Part shown: piece by piece, positions 8,747-16,356 of the stretch
Layout of the letters: each line of letters opens with the position of its first letter
Numbering within the stretch: position 1 is the stretch's first letter
DNA from: Desulfobacteria bacterium
GTDB lineage: Bacteria; Desulfobacterota; Desulfobacteria; Desulfobacterales; C00003060
Reading direction: 5' to 3'
Assembly (NCBI GenBank): GCA_040326175.1
Contig: JBEQLC010000001.1
Coordinates: forward strand, 1 to 25,672
Length of the DNA stretch: 25,672 nt
The notes under the pieces: model-generated
What the model saw: the letters and a program-made list of their open reading frames with translations, nothing else
The model's database searches: none
Told to the model about the DNA's origin: nothing
Program-made: the position numbers and the translations under genes

Positions 8747-9798
8747 TGGGACAGGAGAACTCTTCAAAAGGTGCGGCTGATGACATCGCCCCTTCCACAC
8801 TTTCTACGGGGTCAGTAGATATGGAGGAGAAATCAGAGTTTATTAGCCTCAGGCCAAAACGTCTGAAGGAATATGTCGGTCAGGCGAAGGTGGTGGAGAC
8901 CCTCAAGATTGCCATCGAGGCGGCGCTTGGGCGGAAAGAGCCCCTGGATCACGTCCTGTTTCACGCCCCTCCCGGTTTGGGGAAGACGACCCTTGCCCAT
9001 ATTATTGCCGAGGAGATGGGTGTTAATATCACAGTAACCTCCGGGCCTGCCCTTGAAAAGGGGGGCGATCTCCTGGGTATACTCACTCATCTTGAAGAAC
9101 GGGATGTGCTCTTTATCGACGAGATGCATCGTCTTCCCAGGATTGTTGAGGAGTTTCTTTATCCTGCCATGGAGGACTTTGCAGTCGATTTTATCTTTGA
9201 CAAGGGAATTCATGCAAGGAGTCATCGTTATCGCCTGGAACAATTTGTCTTAGTCGGGGCCACGACGCGGGCAGGCTCGCTTTCGCCACCCCTTCGTGAA
9301 CGCTTTGGGATATTCAGAACCCTTGATTTCTATTGTGATGAGGACTTGACTCAAATTGCCAAGCGTTCTGCCGCCCTGTTGGATATCAGCATCGACAACG
9401 ATGGTGCTCAAGAGATTGCCTGCCGTTCACGGGGAACGCCTCGAATCGTGAATAGGCTGTTGAAGCGGGTACGGGATTTTGCCCAGGTGAGGGGAGATGG
9501 GATCATCCACAAGGCCACGGTTCAGGAGGCATTGGAACTCGAAGGAGTGGATGAAAAGGGACTGACATCCTTGGACAGGAAGTTTTTGAAAGCCATCATA
9601 GAGTTTTACAAAGGCGGTCCCGTAGGAATCGAGGCAATTGCAGCAACACTACAAGAAGAGGCTGATACCTTGGTGGATGTTGTGGAGCCGTATTTGTTGA
9701 AGATCGGATTCTTGACTCGCACCTCATCCGGCCGGAAGGTCTCAGAAGAAGCCTGCCGACATTTCGGTTTGCCAGTCCAGCCAGGGCTGTTTAAGTAA
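8746..9798 (+). CDS. ruvB: Holliday junction branch-migration ATPase RuvB
   Basis: [12 protein letters not shown]; [12 protein letters not shown]; TSGPALEK; FIDEMHRL; GATTRAG; [24 protein letters not shown] coupling to ruvA. Confidence 0.97.
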   Translation: MGQENSSKGAADDIAPSTLSTGSVDMEEKSEFISLRPKRLKEYVGQAKVVETLKIAIEAALGRKEPLDHVLFHAPPGLGKTTLAHIIAEEMGVNITVTSGPALEKGGDLLGILTHLEERDVLFIDEMHRLPRIVEEFLYPAMEDFAVDFIFDKGIHARSHRYRLEQFVLVGATTRAGSLSPPLRERFGIFRTLDFYCDEDLTQIAKRSAALLDISIDNDGAQEIACRSRGTPRIVNRLLKRVRDFAQVRGDGIIHKATVQEALELEGVDEKGLTSLDRKFLKAIIEFYKGGPVGIEAIAATLQEEADTLVDVVEPYLLKIGFLTRTSSGRKVSEEACRHFGLPVQPGLFK

Positions 9799-9861
9799 CG
9801 GAGTAATGGAGTGTTGGAGTAATGGAGTATTGGGGTACTCCGACATGCTTCATTGCTCCGT
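9798..9861. repeat. 8-bp tandem array (GGAGTAAT-type x4) with an inverted arm forming a hairpin
   Basis: ACGGAGTAAT GGAGTGTT GGAGTAAT GGAGTATT GGGG TACTCCGACATGCTTCATTGCTCCGT. The reverse complement of the right arm, ACGGAGCAATGAAGCATGTCGGAGTA, resembles the left arm. Confidence 0.8.
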
Positions 9862-9909
9862 GGCGTCTGTGAGAGATAAGAATCCCCATTATCAGGGCTG
9901 ACTGTTGCT

Positions 9910-10788
9910 ATGAGAAGAATCCCTGTTATTACTCTGCTTACCGATTTTGGCTTTCAGGATGAGTATGTAGGGGTGATGAAGGGAGTCATCCTCTCCATAA
10001 ACCGAAACGTTCATATGGTTGACATTACCCATAACATTGCCAGACATGACATCAGGCAGGCAGCTATAGCCACAAGCGCGTCCTTTAAGTATTTTCCAAA
10101 AGGTTCCATTCACGTGATCGTGGTAGACCCCGGTGTTGGTGGAAAGAGGAAGATCATTTGTCTGAAAAAGGAAGGCCATTTCTTCGTGGCGCCCGACAAT
10201 GGCGTCCTGACGATGGTCATACAGGACAAGAAAGTCGAGAAGATCTGTGCGATAACAAACTATAAGTATTTTCTGAAGCCGGTGAGTGACACATTTCACG
10301 GCCGTGACATATTGGCCCCGGTCGCAGCCCACCTGTCAAAGGGCTTGGATATGCTACGCTTGGGGCAGGAGGTTGAACTCAAGGACATAAATAGGATTGA
10401 GATCCCTGCACCACTTGTTTCTGCCGGAGATGAACTCGTTGGCACCGTGATATCGATTGATCATTTCGGGAATCTTGTCACAAATATCAGCCAGGCAGTC
10501 TTTGAAGGCTTTAAAGGTGATACGAGATCAAAAGGGGTTGTAGTCAGGCTGGGAAGGTTTAAGATTCGAGGGGTGTCAAAGTCTTATGAGCGAGTAAAGG
10601 CCGGCTCTCCTGTCGCCATCTTCGGAAGCCGCAAGCTTCTTGAGATTTCCTTGAACCAGGGAGATGCTCGTAGCCATTTCAAGGCCAGAGTCGGTCAGGC
10701 CGTAAAGGTGAAGCTTCCCGCCCTGAAGGGCGGGGGTTCGCTTCGCGGGCTTACGCGCCCGGTAAGGAAAATAGACATTTTCATATAG
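9910..10788 (+). CDS. DUF62 / SAM hydroxide adenosyltransferase (SAM hydrolase; fluorinase-chlorinase superfamily)
   Basis: TLLTDFG..DEYVGVMKG, VVDPGVGGKR, FVAPDNG, TFHGRDI, IDHFGNLVTNI. The last 26 residues come from a repeat element. Confidence 0.92.
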   Translation: MRRIPVITLLTDFGFQDEYVGVMKGVILSINRNVHMVDITHNIARHDIRQAAIATSASFKYFPKGSIHVIVVDPGVGGKRKIICLKKEGHFFVAPDNGVLTMVIQDKKVEKICAITNYKYFLKPVSDTFHGRDILAPVAAHLSKGLDMLRLGQEVELKDINRIEIPAPLVSAGDELVGTVISIDHFGNLVTNISQAVFEGFKGDTRSKGVVVRLGRFKIRGVSKSYERVKAGSPVAIFGSRKLLEISLNQGDARSHFKARVGQAVKVKLPALKGGGSLRGLTRPVRKIDIFI

Positions 10789-10827
10789 CTCCCCTTGACC
10801 CCGCCCTTCAGGACGGGGAAGCTTCAC
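10708..10827. mobile_element. 120-bp non-autonomous element with inverted IS200/IS605-right-end-like hairpin termini (copy A)
   Basis: GTGAAGCTTCCCGCCCTGAAGGGCGGGG (10708-10735) matches the reverse complement of 10799-10827 with one gap and one mismatch. Each end carries a CCCGCCC/GGGCGGG-type hairpin and a TTCAC terminus. No target duplication is visible. The family assignment is an inference. Confidence 0.75.
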
Positions 10828-10904
10828 ATATGTTGGACTGCCCTGAAAGCGTATTGAGTTTCCTGTGTAATGAAGTTCCGATCGGGTTTACGCTCACTTT
10901 GCGT

Positions 10905-11414
10905 TTAGATATCAAGATGCATTTCAAACATCTGCTCGGTTAACTGACGCCCCCACTGGTCGACATTGTGCTCTTCACAATGCCGAAATCCTGCACGTTC
11001 ATAAAGAAGACGAGCTGCCTCCAGACCCTTGAAAGTCCATAGATACACTCTTTTGTAACCCGCACGTTTGCAGAATTCGATAGCCTCTCTGATCAGCACA
11101 CCCCCGAGCCCGCGCCCTTGAAAGCTTGGAGCAACAATAAGCCACCGCAAGCGTGCGCCCTGCTGGCGCGTCTGTCGTCCGTCTACTGCCATGGAGCCTG
11201 CGAACCCCCCTGCTACAGTGGCCACCCAGAATCCATCCCGATTCTTCTCAAATTCACTGATGAACTCTGACAATTCTCTTCCAACCTGGGTTTCAAAGGA
11301 GACATCAAGATTCCAGTTTTCATAGTAATATGTTGCATGGAGATCAGTTATCTTCCCGACTACGCCCGGGAAATATCCGGTTAATTTCACGTCACTCAGT
11401 TTCGGATTTCTCAT
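10905..11414 (-). CDS. GNAT-family N-acetyltransferase
   Basis: ARLRWLIVAPSFQGRGLGGVLI (acetyl-CoA motif A) and VYLWTFKGLEAARLLYERAGF. Start moved to ATG 11414, 4 bp after the upstream stop. Confidence 0.9.
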   Translation of the reverse strand: MRNPKLSDVKLTGYFPGVVGKITDLHATYYYENWNLDVSFETQVGRELSEFISEFEKNRDGFWVATVAGGFAGSMAVDGRQTRQQGARLRWLIVAPSFQGRGLGGVLIREAIEFCKRAGYKRVYLWTFKGLEAARLLYERAGFRHCEEHNVDQWGRQLTEQMFEMHLDI

Positions 11415-11418
11415 ACGA

Positions 11419-11868
11419 TCAATTGCCATCAGGTTGTGTGTTGGCAAGACTGGATGTTGGCACTGCCATTAACGTTACCATGGCCTTGGAGACAAGTCTT
11501 TCGTCTCCGCCTGATACACTTAACACCTCGGACTCTGACACGATAATTCTCTTGCCTTTATTGATCACTTTTGAACGGCAGACTATAATCTCTTCCGTGG
11601 CAGGCCTGAAGTAATTGATCTTGAATTCGATGGTCAAAATGCGAAAGTCATCTGTGACAGTTGTAAAGGCTGCATATCCCGCTGTATGATCTGCCATAGT
11701 GGCAATCACGCCTGCATGCACGAACCCATCCTGCTGCCTGTGATCCGGGCGAATCTTAAGGCTGGTATGAAACTTGCCGTATTCTACTACGTCGACTTGA
11801 TAACCGCAGTAGGCGGGAAAGCCCTGAACAAAATCCCTCTTTAGGAACTCAGCCCATTCCTTATTCAT
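11419..11868 (-). CDS. PaaI-family (hotdog-fold) thioesterase
   Basis: HRQQDGFVHAGVIATMADHTAGYAA and LTIEFKINYFRPA; AGGGGG RBS. Confidence 0.92.
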   Translation of the reverse strand: MNKEWAEFLKRDFVQGFPAYCGYQVDVVEYGKFHTSLKIRPDHRQQDGFVHAGVIATMADHTAGYAAFTTVTDDFRILTIEFKINYFRPATEEIIVCRSKVINKGKRIIVSESEVLSVSGGDERLVSKAMVTLMAVPTSSLANTQPDGN

Positions 11869-12206
11869 TTATCCCCCTTATGCCGCCAAGATCCGATTAT
11901 TCTGTATATTCAATGTGATGTGCCCATTCAGCTATTCGGGTCCTACACAGATATAAGGTACAATAAAGATCGTCAAGACAAAATAAGGCCTTGTGTCTTT
12001 ACTATGCCACTAGTTTTCAATGCGTACTTTGCCCGCAATAATCGAGTGTTGCAATCACAGGAGTTTGTGCCATGGTGCAACGCGGGAGAAGGTTGTTGGG
12101 TGATTTGAGAAGAATAGACTGGATGCGAAAGAGCGTGGCAATTGGCCAAACCGGGATGATGCAGGGGGGTCGGAAAGAGAGTAGAATTGAGCAAAGGAGG
12201 ATTACA

Positions 12207-12488
12207 ATGAAGGCATTGAAAAAGATCGTAGCATTATGTTTGGTGATGTGTGTGGTTATGGCACTGGCCCTTCCCACATGGGCTGAGGAAGTAGAAAAGA
12301 TCAATATTAATAAGGCAACTGTGGAGGAACTTGCGCATCTGAAAGGGGTAGGGCACCAATACGCCCAGCGTATTGTCCAGTATCGCGAAGAACACGGTCC
12401 CTTTACATCCGCTGAGGATATGATGAAGGTTCCGGGCATAGGTCCCAAGACTTGTGAGAAAAACAGGGATCTAATTACTGTAGAGTAA
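12207..12488 (+). CDS. comEA: ComEA-family helix-hairpin-helix DNA-binding protein with signal peptide
   Basis: Signal peptide ending TWA; KININKATVEELAHLKGVG...AQRIVQYREEHGPF...KVPGIG. AAAGGAGG RBS at 12193-12200. Confidence 0.9.
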   Translation: MKALKKIVALCLVMCVVMALALPTWAEEVEKININKATVEELAHLKGVGHQYAQRIVQYREEHGPFTSAEDMMKVPGIGPKTCEKNRDLITVE

Positions 12489-12623
12489 TCTCTCGCCCCC
12501 CCCTCCCGGACAAATAGAACGTACAAAAGCAACAGAGAATCTTTCTTGACCGGTTCATAATTAAAGATCCCTGCGATCCCAATGGATCCCAATAAATCGG
12601 GATACATCGCGACAAGTCCGGAA

Positions 12624-12721
12624 GGGGTCAAGGCGAGCTATGCAAAGATGTTCAACTTCGTTGCCGGGCGTGTAAGCCCGTGAAGCGTCCCCCCGCCCTT
12701 CGGGGCGGGGGGACGCTTCAT
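12624..12721 (+). mobile_element. Second, diverged copy (copy B) of the IS605-end-like element, ending in a perfect 18-bp hairpin
   Basis: Colinear with the reverse complement of 10708-10802 (about 80% identity by hand alignment, one 3-nt gap). TGAAGCGTCCCCCCGCCC-TTCG-GGGCGGGGGGACGCTTCA at 12681-12720. Confidence 0.8.
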
Positions 12722-12889
12722 ATTGACAAGGCCGGCCTTAGGGACCGGGTCCGTCTGCCGAACGTTGGTCCGGTTACAGTAGTGAGAGTATACGAGCAAG
12801 AGACACGCACGGTCTTTTTAATAATTACAGGTATAGGTGATAGGGCCTACCATCTTCGCAGGCATTCGATATTATATCCGAGTGCGCTA

Positions 12890-13214
12890 GAGTGGTTCTC
12901 AAAAATATGTTCCGTTTTGAACCATTATGAGCAACTGTCAGGCAGCATGCTCTTGTACTCCAATCATGTGGCTTCGCCTCATAGCTGTCGGCAAGTAGCA
13001 ACCCTGGCTAACCACAGACCTTATTCCACCCACGCTTGATCCATCTGCAAACCCGCTACCCAGGGTATAGGGGCATTGCCGTGTGCCTATCCCGTAGAGT
13101 TCCGTGCATGTTGCCTCCAACGAGCGAAGGCGGGGATTGACCTGGTTCAAAAAGAGATGCCCCTGGCAGCCCAGAAAGACTGCCGTAAACGGAACATATT
13201 TTTGAGAAACGCTC
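12890..13214. mobile_element. 325-bp MITE with 28-bp terminal inverted repeats and TA duplication
   Basis: GAGTGGTTCTCAAAAATATGTTCCGTTT (12890-12917) matches the reverse complement of 13187-13214 at 26/28. TA lies at 12888-12889 and 13215-13216. Internal inverted repeats are nested. Confidence 0.9.
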
Positions 13215-13420
13215 TAACGTGGGCCGTTCGCTTCGCCCGGATGGGGTACCCCAAAAAGCTCATGAGGGCCGTTCCAAGGAGTTATGCAAAGGTGTCTCGC
13301 TGCATGCCAACATCAAGATAGAAAGCCGGGTCTGGGCTGAATCTAATTCGTGGTGTTCTTAAGGCGTGAGCTGCAAATCCCTGTACGCCATCGCGAGACT
13401 CAGGCGAGGCAGGCGGGAAC

Positions 13421-13445
13421 AATCAACAATCTTCAATCTAAAATC
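13421..13445. repeat. 7-bp-period AATC array abutting the fbp stop codon
   Basis: AATCAAC AATCTTC AATCTAA AATC, directly followed by CTA (the fbp TAG on the minus strand). Confidence 0.6.
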
Positions 13446-14462
13446 CTATATCTTCCCCTGCACGTACTCTTCTGCCAATTCCACATCTTTTTTGCTGCCG
13501 ATAAAGAGGGGCACCCTTTGGTGGAGTTCTTCAGGCTCTACCTCAAGGATCGGTTTTTCCCCGTTGCTGGCATAGCCGCCTGCCTCCGTCACCACAAAAG
13601 CCATAGGATTGGCCTCGCACATAAGGCGCAGTTTGCCATGGGGTTTCCTGGGATCTTTCGTATCTGCGGGATACATAAAGATGCCGCCCTGCAAAAGATT
13701 ACGGTGAAAGTCTGAGACCAGAGAGCCGATATATCGGGCTGTATAGGCCGGTTTGTTGTCCGGGGACTTGAAATGGTCGACCAGACGCCTGACGTTTTCA
13801 CTCCAGTAGTTGTAATAGCTTTCATTCACGCTGAAGATTTTCCCCCGCTCCGGAATTCGAATATTTTCGTGGGAGAGCAAGAATTCCCCTACGCCCGGAA
13901 GGAGTGTAAAGCCGTGGACCCCACGGCCGGGGCCGGTAGTGAAAACCATCATGGTGCTTGAGCCGTAAATGAAATAGCCGGCAGCCACCTGCTTGTATCC
14001 CGGTTGTAAGACGTCGCTTAAAATGCAATCCTCATCGGAACTGATTTTCCTGTGTATCGAGAAGATGGTTCCGATGCTTACATTGACATCAAGGTTGGAT
14101 GAGCCATCCAGGGGATCACATATGAGGACGTAATTCCCTTTGGGGTACCTGGCAGGGATTTTAATAAGATCCGCATTTTCCTCAGATGCTATGGCGCAGA
14201 GCTGCCCGACATGCCCCATCCTTTGAATTATTGTCCGGTTGGCAAATTCATCAAGCTTGTGAACCTCTTCTCCCTGGACATTTTGACGACCGACATAGCC
14301 CAGGATATCCGCGATCCCCGCCTTATTCACCTCCCTTGAGATGATCTTTGCAACCACAATCAGCTCTGAAAGGAGTGAAGTGAAAGCACCTGTGGCTTCA
14401 GGGTTTTCGCGTTCCTCTTCGAGAATATGCTCTGTAACCGTCATGCCTATGGATGTTTTCAA
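13446..14462 (-). CDS. fbp: Fructose-1,6-bisphosphatase class I
   Basis: [73 protein letters not shown] start 7 nt after GGGAGG. Confidence 0.96.
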   Translation of the reverse strand: MKTSIGMTVTEHILEEERENPEATGAFTSLLSELIVVAKIISREVNKAGIADILGYVGRQNVQGEEVHKLDEFANRTIIQRMGHVGQLCAIASEENADLIKIPARYPKGNYVLICDPLDGSSNLDVNVSIGTIFSIHRKISSDEDCILSDVLQPGYKQVAAGYFIYGSSTMMVFTTGPGRGVHGFTLLPGVGEFLLSHENIRIPERGKIFSVNESYYNYWSENVRRLVDHFKSPDNKPAYTARYIGSLVSDFHRNLLQGGIFMYPADTKDPRKPHGKLRLMCEANPMAFVVTEAGGYASNGEKPILEVEPEELHQRVPLFIGSKKDVELAEEYVQGKI

Positions 14463-14502
14463 GGTCTTTCCTCCCGATAGGTCTTTATTCCGGTCGAAAA
14501 TG

Positions 14503-14532
14503 AGTGTATTAAGTAAAGCACAGCACTGTCAA
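14503..14532 (-). promoter_or_regulatory. sigma70-type promoter for fbp
   Basis: On the minus strand: TTGACA (14532-14527), 18 bp spacer, TACACT (14508-14503). The -35 box overlaps the AAGGAG RBS (14531-14536) of the divergent gene. Confidence 0.6.
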
Positions 14533-14546
14533 GGAGAAACCAGACC

Positions 14547-16241
14547 GTGGAAACCGTACTGACATTGATCAAACCTCGTGTATGGGCTTTCAGGCACCGG
14601 TTCAAGGGGCGGCTGGAGGGTATGGCATGGGTGAGGATTCTTCTTGCTCTGATAAGCTTCCTCTTTTGGGCGGGCATCTTTGCGGTGGTTTATCGAGTGC
14701 TGGTTTACTTCCAGGGAATTGAAGGTTTTGGCGACATTCTGGCCCGAAAGCTGCTGTCCATGGTGCTCCTTACCTTCTTTTCCATACTCATATTCAGTAG
14801 TATCCTTACGGCCCTCTCCACACTCTATCTTTCAAGAGACCTGCCGTTGATCCACGCGGCACCTGTTTCAGTCGAAAAGGTGTTCCTGGCCCGATGGATT
14901 GAGAGTACCTTTGACAGCTCATGGATGCCCTTTCTGTTCGGCCTGCCAGTCTTTTTGGCGTACGCTCTGGTATATGGCGCAGGCGTTAATTTCTATCTGG
15001 CGCTGGTCGGCTCACTCCTTCCATTCTGCGTGCTTGCTTCTGCTGTCGGCACACTGATTGTTTTGTTGCTGGTAGTATCTCTTCCGGCCAACCGGATGAG
15101 AGACATCTTTGTCTTCCTTTCCGTAGTACTGGTCATCCTTCTATATTTCATGTTTCGCTTCATGAGGCCCGAACGGTTAGTAGACCCGACTGCATTGGCG
15201 AGCCTGGCTGGCTATCTCGGGTCTCTTGAGGCCCCTGGTTCTCCATTTCTGCCCACCACGTGGATACTCGAGGCCTTGTGGCCGGTTCTGACACGCACAA
15301 GCGGCATGGCCTTGTTTTATCTGGGACTTTGTGTGACAGGCGCCTTATCTATGGTCTTTATTAACATAAAGCTTGCAGGGCTCTTTTACTTCAAAGGGGT
15401 TTCAAAAGCCCAGGTGGCCCGCCGGGGTGGGCGAAGCAGAAAGAGATCCTTTGGAATTCACGGGAAACGATCCCTGCTGACTTCCGGCAAGGTTGGCGCG
15501 CTCCTTTCGAAGGATATCAAGACATTCTTCCGGGATAACACCCAGTGGTCTCAGCTCTTTCTGTTGGTGGCTCTTATTATCGTATATCTTTACAACTTCA
15601 TGGTGCTGCCCATCGACAAGGCTCCGATCAAGACCTTTTATCTTCAAAACATTCTGTCGTTCTTGAACATGGGCCTGGCCGGTTTTGTGCTTGCCGCCAT
15701 GGCCGTGCGTTTTGTATTCCCGGCGGTGAGTATCGAGGGGCAAGCCTTTTGGATCGTAAGATCGGCACCGGTTCCTCCGAAGGCATTCCTATGGGTGAAG
15801 TTCTGGACGTACCTGGTGCCCCTGCTCATCTTGTCTGAAATACTTATCGTGCTGACAAACAAGTTACTTTCAGTGACCCCCTTTATGATGGGGCTTTCCA
15901 CAATTACCATCTTCTTCATGGTCTTTGGTATTACGGCTATGGGAGTGGGTCTGGGTGCCGCCTATCCCAATTTTCGTCTTGAGAACATGGCCCAGGTGGC
16001 TACCAGTTTTGGAGGCATGCTCTTTATGTTCCTTTGCGTGGGTTTCATTGGATCAGTCATAGTTCTTGAGGCAGGTCCCGTCTATACAATCTTTATGGCC
16101 AGAATTCGTGGGGAGGCCGTACCTATCGTTCACTGGATCTGGATCACCGTTTCCTTCATATTGGTGGCAGTCATTAATGGGGTGGCCGTTTTCTGGCCGA
16201 TGCGGTTGGGGTCGGAGAGCCTCTGTCAGCTGGAGGAATGA
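14547..16241 (+). CDS. Putative ABC-2-type exporter permease (multi-pass membrane protein, two TM clusters)
   Basis: About 12 hydrophobic segments; LYLSRDLPLIHAAPVS and KDIKTFFRD...FPAVSIEGQAFWIVRSAPV motifs typical of the putative ABC exporter permease family. GTG start after AAGGAG. Confidence 0.75.
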   Translation: METVLTLIKPRVWAFRHRFKGRLEGMAWVRILLALISFLFWAGIFAVVYRVLVYFQGIEGFGDILARKLLSMVLLTFFSILIFSSILTALSTLYLSRDLPLIHAAPVSVEKVFLARWIESTFDSSWMPFLFGLPVFLAYALVYGAGVNFYLALVGSLLPFCVLASAVGTLIVLLLVVSLPANRMRDIFVFLSVVLVILLYFMFRFMRPERLVDPTALASLAGYLGSLEAPGSPFLPTTWILEALWPVLTRTSGMALFYLGLCVTGALSMVFINIKLAGLFYFKGVSKAQVARRGGRSRKRSFGIHGKRSLLTSGKVGALLSKDIKTFFRDNTQWSQLFLLVALIIVYLYNFMVLPIDKAPIKTFYLQNILSFLNMGLAGFVLAAMAVRFVFPAVSIEGQAFWIVRSAPVPPKAFLWVKFWTYLVPLLILSEILIVLTNKLLSVTPFMMGLSTITIFFMVFGITAMGVGLGAAYPNFRLENMAQVATSFGGMLFMFLCVGFIGSVIVLEAGPVYTIFMARIRGEAVPIVHWIWITVSFILVAVINGVAVFWPMRLGSESLCQLEE

Positions 16242-16265
16242 GAGGACTGGGGAATGCGGTGTTGC

Positions 16266-16294
16266 TTGACTATGTTCTGTGACATTGGTAGAAA
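16266..16294 (+). promoter_or_regulatory. Possible sigma70 promoter for the lipoprotein-coaBC-udg-nfeD cluster
   Basis: TTGACT, 17 bp spacer, TAGAAA with an upstream TG (extended -10). The -10 box lacks the final T. Confidence 0.4.
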
Positions 16295-16356
16295 GAATTT
16301 GGGTAACAGCATAAGGGCGAAACAAACAACCAATCTAAGGCATAGGAGGGATTGTC

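Noticed and set aside
9910-10788. Fluorinase/chlorinase (halogenase) activity
   Set aside because: The Asp/Arg of VVDPGVGGKR and the His of TFHGRD match the hydroxide-transferring DUF62 subgroup, and there is no halometabolite cluster nearby.
12681-12725. Classical rho-independent terminator
   Set aside because: The hairpin is strong but has no U-tract on either strand, so it is reported as part of a repeat element instead.
12915-13152. 6S RNA (TGAACC/GGTTCA stem, rod-like fold)
   Set aside because: It is enclosed by TA-flanked TIRs, is longer than a typical 6S and lacks the usual zapA/ygfA context. It is kept only as a generic structured-element finding.
12680-13321. ORFs 12680-13039, 12938-13150 and 13076-13321 as real genes; faint RelE-like look of VVRVYEQETRTVFLII
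   Set aside because: They start in or run across repeat and MITE boundaries and lack an RBS. The toxin resemblance is too weak and there is no antitoxin.
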